Positions 59,377 to 64,000 of a stretch of DNA of 64,000 nt are shown here, one piece after another. This stretch comes from Heteronotia binoei (Eukaryota), in the NCBI RefSeq assembly GCF_032191835.1, contig NC_083228.1:74214001-74278000 (forward strand). Direction: 5' to 3'. The translations under genes and the position numbers were made by a program. Positions within the stretch are counted from its first letter, which is position 1. Every line of letters starts with the position of its first letter. The notes below the pieces were generated by a model. The model was not told the origin of the DNA. It saw only the letters and a program-made list of their open reading frames with translations, and did no database searches.

Positions 59377-59890
59377 GTAATGTATTTGGGTTGTTGTTTT
59401 CTATTTAGTTTGCCTGCAAAGAAAAAAAAATGATTTAAAAAACAAGTGTCCCTGTGCTAGTTTTAAGTATTAGAACTGAAAGTATATTTCATACAAATGG
59501 AAGGAAATATCTGCTTCCAACAAAAAGTCTAGCAGACCATTCAAAAATTATCTGTTTCCATTGTCATAAAAGAACAAAGATGTGCTGCAGATCCAGACAT
59601 ACATTTTGTTCCATTATGCTTGAAATTCCTCTGGTATATCTTTCCATCTAGGTATCAATCCACTGTTATTAAAAGTTTGATAGTAAAATTACTTTTGATC
59701 TTTGGTTAGAACCTATATACTCCCCAGAAGTTGACTCATATATTTTGGTTGAAAAGAACAAGAAACTTGCCCAACAGTCTGTTATAACTGAAAGTAGTTT
59801 CTAATCTATTGCATTTTGTGGCCATACTTCACTAATTTAATGCTGCAGCATGTGACTGATAGTAAATGATTTATTTTCTTTCTTTTATAG

Positions 59891-59946
59891 GCTGGATCGA
59901 CAGTTGCAAGACATAGTATATAAATTAGTAGTCAACTTGGAGGAAA
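59891..59946 (+). CDS. PCGF6: PCGF6 exon 4
   Basis: LDRQLQDIVYKLVVNLEE; 56 nt. Confidence 0.94.
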
Positions 59947-61067
59947 GTAAGTCGTCTTGTATGAGGTTCTTGCTATTAGACTAAAGATATGCTTAACTAG
60001 AGCATACATGAGCTGTAATGCAGATAATTACTGTGTTCAACAATACTCTGAATTACCATTTCTTAAGGGGACAAGGGGACATGTATGTTTTCTTTTTCTG
60101 TAATGTTACTCCAGAAGCCCAAACCCTGCCATATTGTACAGATTACAACAATATGAGAATCCTTTATTTCATGGTAAAAGAAAACAATTTTGTAGACCTT
60201 ATGGTTGTAGAGAGAAGAATGGAAATCTGTGGGCAATGGCTGAAGAAATCCCAGATGACATAAGGGTTTAAAATCCCAGTTCCCAGAAAGTATGGATTTG
60301 TTGACCCACACAGCTCCACATAGTTCACTTCCTCCTCCTCACCCTTCTTTTCACCCAGCCCATAATTTAGTGACCACTGGCTTTGCAGTCCCCATAGCCT
60401 CTGTAACCTTTCCTACCCCTTTACTTTGCCAAAACCAGGAAAAGTTTTAAAATAATAAATGTTAGAAGCAGAGGCTATAATTAAAAATGTTCAAATAGTC
60501 ATGCATGTGTATAATATATTTGAATCACAAAGTTTAGGTTTTTTTAATGTTTAAGATTGCATTTCAGTTCTAGATTTGTTCAAAGCTCTTTCCATAATCA
60601 TATTGTTATTTTGTCCCTTCAAGTTCTGACTGAATTTGTTGACAGATACTGCTGCTATCATTTGCATGACAATGTACTCACAATTACAGTTTAAATGTTT
60701 TAATCAAAAGTAGTGGGAATAATCCAGATAGTATATAAGAGCAGAAAGCAGTGAACTGCAAGTTCAGTGTGAAACTGTTGTGTGATTGAAAACTTAAATC
60801 TTTAAGAAGCACCAATAGTGAGGGTGATTGATAAAAGTGAGTGACCATGATGGATTGAGAACCTTCTTTTCACCATTAGAAAAGGAATTATGCCAATTAA
60901 ACAAAATTTTTCACTGATTTCTCCATTGCACAAAGTGCTGTTCCTGGGGGTCTTTAGACTCCTGAGTGCAATATTTCAGAAGGGCATTTGTGATACTTTG
61001 AATTCAACAAGTATGCATTTCAAACCCAAGTCACTACATGTCTGTATGTATCATATTTGCTATATAG

Positions 61068-61127
61068 GGGAGAAAAAGCAAATGCATGATTTCTACAGGG
61101 AGAGAGGTCTTGAAATACCCAAACCTG
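61068..61127 (+). CDS. PCGF6: PCGF6 exon 5
   Basis: EKKQMHDFYRERGLEIPKP; 60 nt. Confidence 0.94.
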
Positions 61128-62076
61128 GTAAGTTGCAGCACTTACCTTATTTTGTTCTTAGCTGGATGCCAAAGATATATTTGTGAGCAAAGCATGGTAG
61201 TTGTTTCTGCTTCTGTTGGATATTATAGTTGCTATGGTAATTAGCAGTACAATTGGTGATTGACAGAGCAGACTGTAATACTTCATTGTAGCTGTTTAAA
61301 CTTTTTTTGTTTCTGAGGTTGAAAATATATTCCTTTGTCATACAAGAACACTATTAATTAACTAACATAAAGATTATTTGATTAAAGGTGCTGTAAAAGC
61401 ACAAATAATTTTGTGAGATTTGCCATCTGCAAAAGAAATGTAGAGTTGGCAAGCTGTTAGGAGAATGTCTTGGTTGGTGACTTTATTCATAGGTATAAAA
61501 GCAGCTTATTTTACTTCCTAGAGTATCCTGTGTCCTGAAGCAATATGGGAGCCTATTAAATAGAATTACTTTAGAACAGAAAGATCTATGCATGATGATA
61601 AGGTTCTCAGTATCAGGGCTCAAGTTTATTGGTTAATACCTTTAAGCCGCTGGCATAGCACCACTACTTGAGGTCAAACCAGACAAGATCCTGGAACTTC
61701 CATGACTGGCACTCCAAGCTCTTTAAAAATGCATTTTTAGGTGTGTGAAGACTGGGGTAGGGTGCCATGTTCCCCACCTGCAGTAGTCCTCCTGGAGAGC
61801 AACCATATGGTTTCAAATACTGTAGGCTTTTCCATTGAGGCAAATAGCAGCATCTGGGTTCTGTTTCAGTTAGGGAAAACATTTCAAGGGATATTTTAAA
61901 AAAAAAAAATCCTCCATGCAGTGCAACTACAGCCCCAATCTGGCCCCATGTGCTTGATAATCACATTTGTTTACAAAAAGCTAGTAACTCTAATTAGGGG
62001 ACTCCCAGCATCTCTCTTCTCTCCCCCCCCCTCCACTTTTCTTTCATTAAACTCTGTGATTTAAATTCTACATTAT

Positions 62077-62658
62077 TAGGGATGGGCATGAACCAGGAAA
62101 ATGTGGTTCAGTTCATGGTGCGCCTGGTTTGTGAAGCACAAACTGTCATGTTATGTGGTAGAACAACCCTTCTACATGCTAGAGTCACCAGGCCCACAGG
62201 AGATCTCCAGCTGCCTCTCCTCTGCCTGCCCTCCAAGTTTGGTGAGGATTAGATTTAAAGGGTTCAAATTACAGCTCCCCAAATTACAGCTCCAGATTGG
62301 ACTGGAAAAGGTGTCCAAGTTTTGCCCCCCCCCCTCCCTGAAGACGATGGAAATGTCAGGTGCCGGTTCAAAAGATTTAAGTCTAGTGGCACCTGGGTTC
62401 AAAAGCGTAAGCTACACATACCAGATGCACAGGGAACCTGTGCTTTGCATTTGCTTTGGAAACCTGTTGCTTTGATGTTTGGTAAATCTTTTGATTTGTG
62501 TGGAGACAGTCTGTCTGGAAATGTATCCATTCACAAACTATCACAAACAGCTTGAAAGTTCATCCCAGTTGACCTGCCACAAAGTTCAGTTCATCCCAGT
62601 TGATGTGCCAAAATTTTTCTCAAACTTTAGTTTGTGAGCCCGTTCATACCCATCTCTA
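62077..62658. mobile_element. hAT MITE (TAGGGATG family)
   Basis: TAGGGATGGGCATGAAC...GTTCATACCCATCTCTA; degenerate TSD TACATTAT/TACATCAC. Confidence 0.75.
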
Positions 62659-62666
62659 TACATCAC

Positions 62667-63329
62667 AGTAACAAAACTGTAAGGTTCAGGGCTTTTCTAT
62701 GAGCAGCCAGTGTGATGCAGCGACAAAAAAGTATAATGCGATCTTGGGGTGTATCTACAGAGGCATAACATCCAAATTGCAAGAACTCATAGTCCTGCTG
62801 TACATTGCATTGGTCAGGCCACACCTGGAGTATTGTATGCACTTCTGGAGGCCTCACTTCAAGAAGGATGCAGTTGGAATGGAGTGGGTGCTGAGGAGAG
62901 CAACAAGGATGATCAGGGGTCTGGAGACCAAGCCCTATAAGGAAAGACTGAGGGACTTGAGAATGTTCAGGCTGGAGAAGAGGAAATTTAGGGGGGACAT
63001 GATTACTGTCTTTAAGTCTTTGAAGGGCTGTCACTTAGACAAGGGCAGGGAGCTGTTCCTGTTGGTAGCAGAGGATAGGACTCATAATAATGGGTTTAAA
63101 TTAAGGGGGGGAAGGTATCAGCTTGATATTAAGAGAGACTTTTTTACAGTAAGAGTTGTTCAACAGTGGAATCATCTACCTATGGAGGTGGTGAGCTCCC
63201 CCTCACTGGCAGTCTTTAAACAGCAGCTGGACAAACACTTGTCAGGGATTCTTTAAGCTGATCCTGAATTGAGCATGGGGTTGGACTAGATGGCCTGTTT
63301 GGCCCCTTCCAACTCTGTGATTCTGTGAT
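62667..63329 (+). mobile_element. CR1 LINE 3' fragment (second subfamily)
   Basis: [23 protein letters not shown]; tail CTCTGTGATTCTGTGAT. Confidence 0.92.
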
Positions 63330-63921
63330 CAATAGAACTCTTTCCCTAATCTTTTGAGTTTTAGATGCCAGGTGAAGGTGTTTTCCCTTAGTATATGGTG
63401 CTTATTATTTATTTATTTATTTATTCTATAACTTATACCCCGCCCTTCCCATAAAATGGCTCAGGGCGGCTCACAGCAAACGATAAAACAATAAAACAAA
63501 ATACAGAGTTATTACATTTATTATAGCCTGTTCACTCCTGCATTGACCTTTGGAGCAGGCATCTATGTGCTCAAAAGTCCGGCATGACATGAGAGACCTA
63601 GGAAGAAGATGATTTCTTATCACACTGAGAACCCCCACTATTTCCTTCACCACAGGGCAGGTAGCTTTTGGGGACCCCAGATAAATACCCTTGAGAGCTG
63701 GTGAGCAGCTATGGAGTGGGAAGAGTGAAGGTAGAAAGACAGAGAATTGGCTTAAATTTGTGACAAAATAATTCCTTACCATAATGTAGCAATATAGCCC
63801 TTTTTAAAAAGTGACTCTTGGAGTGACATTCTTGAAGCATGTTACAGCACTATACTGCTTGTTATTTCGCACTGTGATATATAGATTCTTTGTTTTTATT
63901 GTTCCTCTTTTTATATCTTAG

Positions 63922-64000
63922 CTGTGCCACAGCCAGTTGCTGTAGCCAGGGGGAGACCTCGCAAAGTTGTAGGCTCAGTGTTCCGTATCCCCCCAGAACT
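63922..64000 (+). CDS. PCGF6: PCGF6 exon 6 (truncated by the window edge)
   Basis: AVPQPVAVARGRPRKVVGSVFRIPPEL; acceptor AG at 63920-63921, phase 1. Confidence 0.9.

Overview
Eukaryotic, intron-rich vertebrate DNA. The repeat content points to a squamate reptile, probably a gecko (inference). The window holds the conserved four-gene block PDCD11(-) / ATP5MK(+) / TAF5(-) / PCGF6(+). PDCD11 (RRP5) has a putative non-coding exon 1 and 13 coding exons and runs off the left edge. ATP5MK (USMG5/DAPIT, 59 aa) is complete and head-to-head with PDCD11. TAF5 is complete (11 exons, 2370 nt CDS, 789 aa). PCGF6 has 6 exons, runs off the right edge and is head-to-head with TAF5. I read the exon boundaries by hand from GT/AG sites; phases join in frame for all four genes. 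Introns are full of CR1 and L2 LINE fragments, tRNA- and 5S-derived SINEs, hAT MITEs with 8-bp TSDs and a solo LTR. The most unusual features are: a ~1.5 kb DNA-level copy of the PCGF6 promoter and exon-1 start inside TAF5 intron 9 (CpG-decayed, carrying a new perfect 39-bp hairpin); a 2.1 kb GC-rich TIR-bounded element in PDCD11 intron 1 with its own splice and polyA signals; a MITE resembling primate MER1 (possible horizontal transfer); and a truncated U6 copy inserted into a CR1. I found no convincing new protein-coding system. Family names come from memory of consensus sequences, not from database searches.
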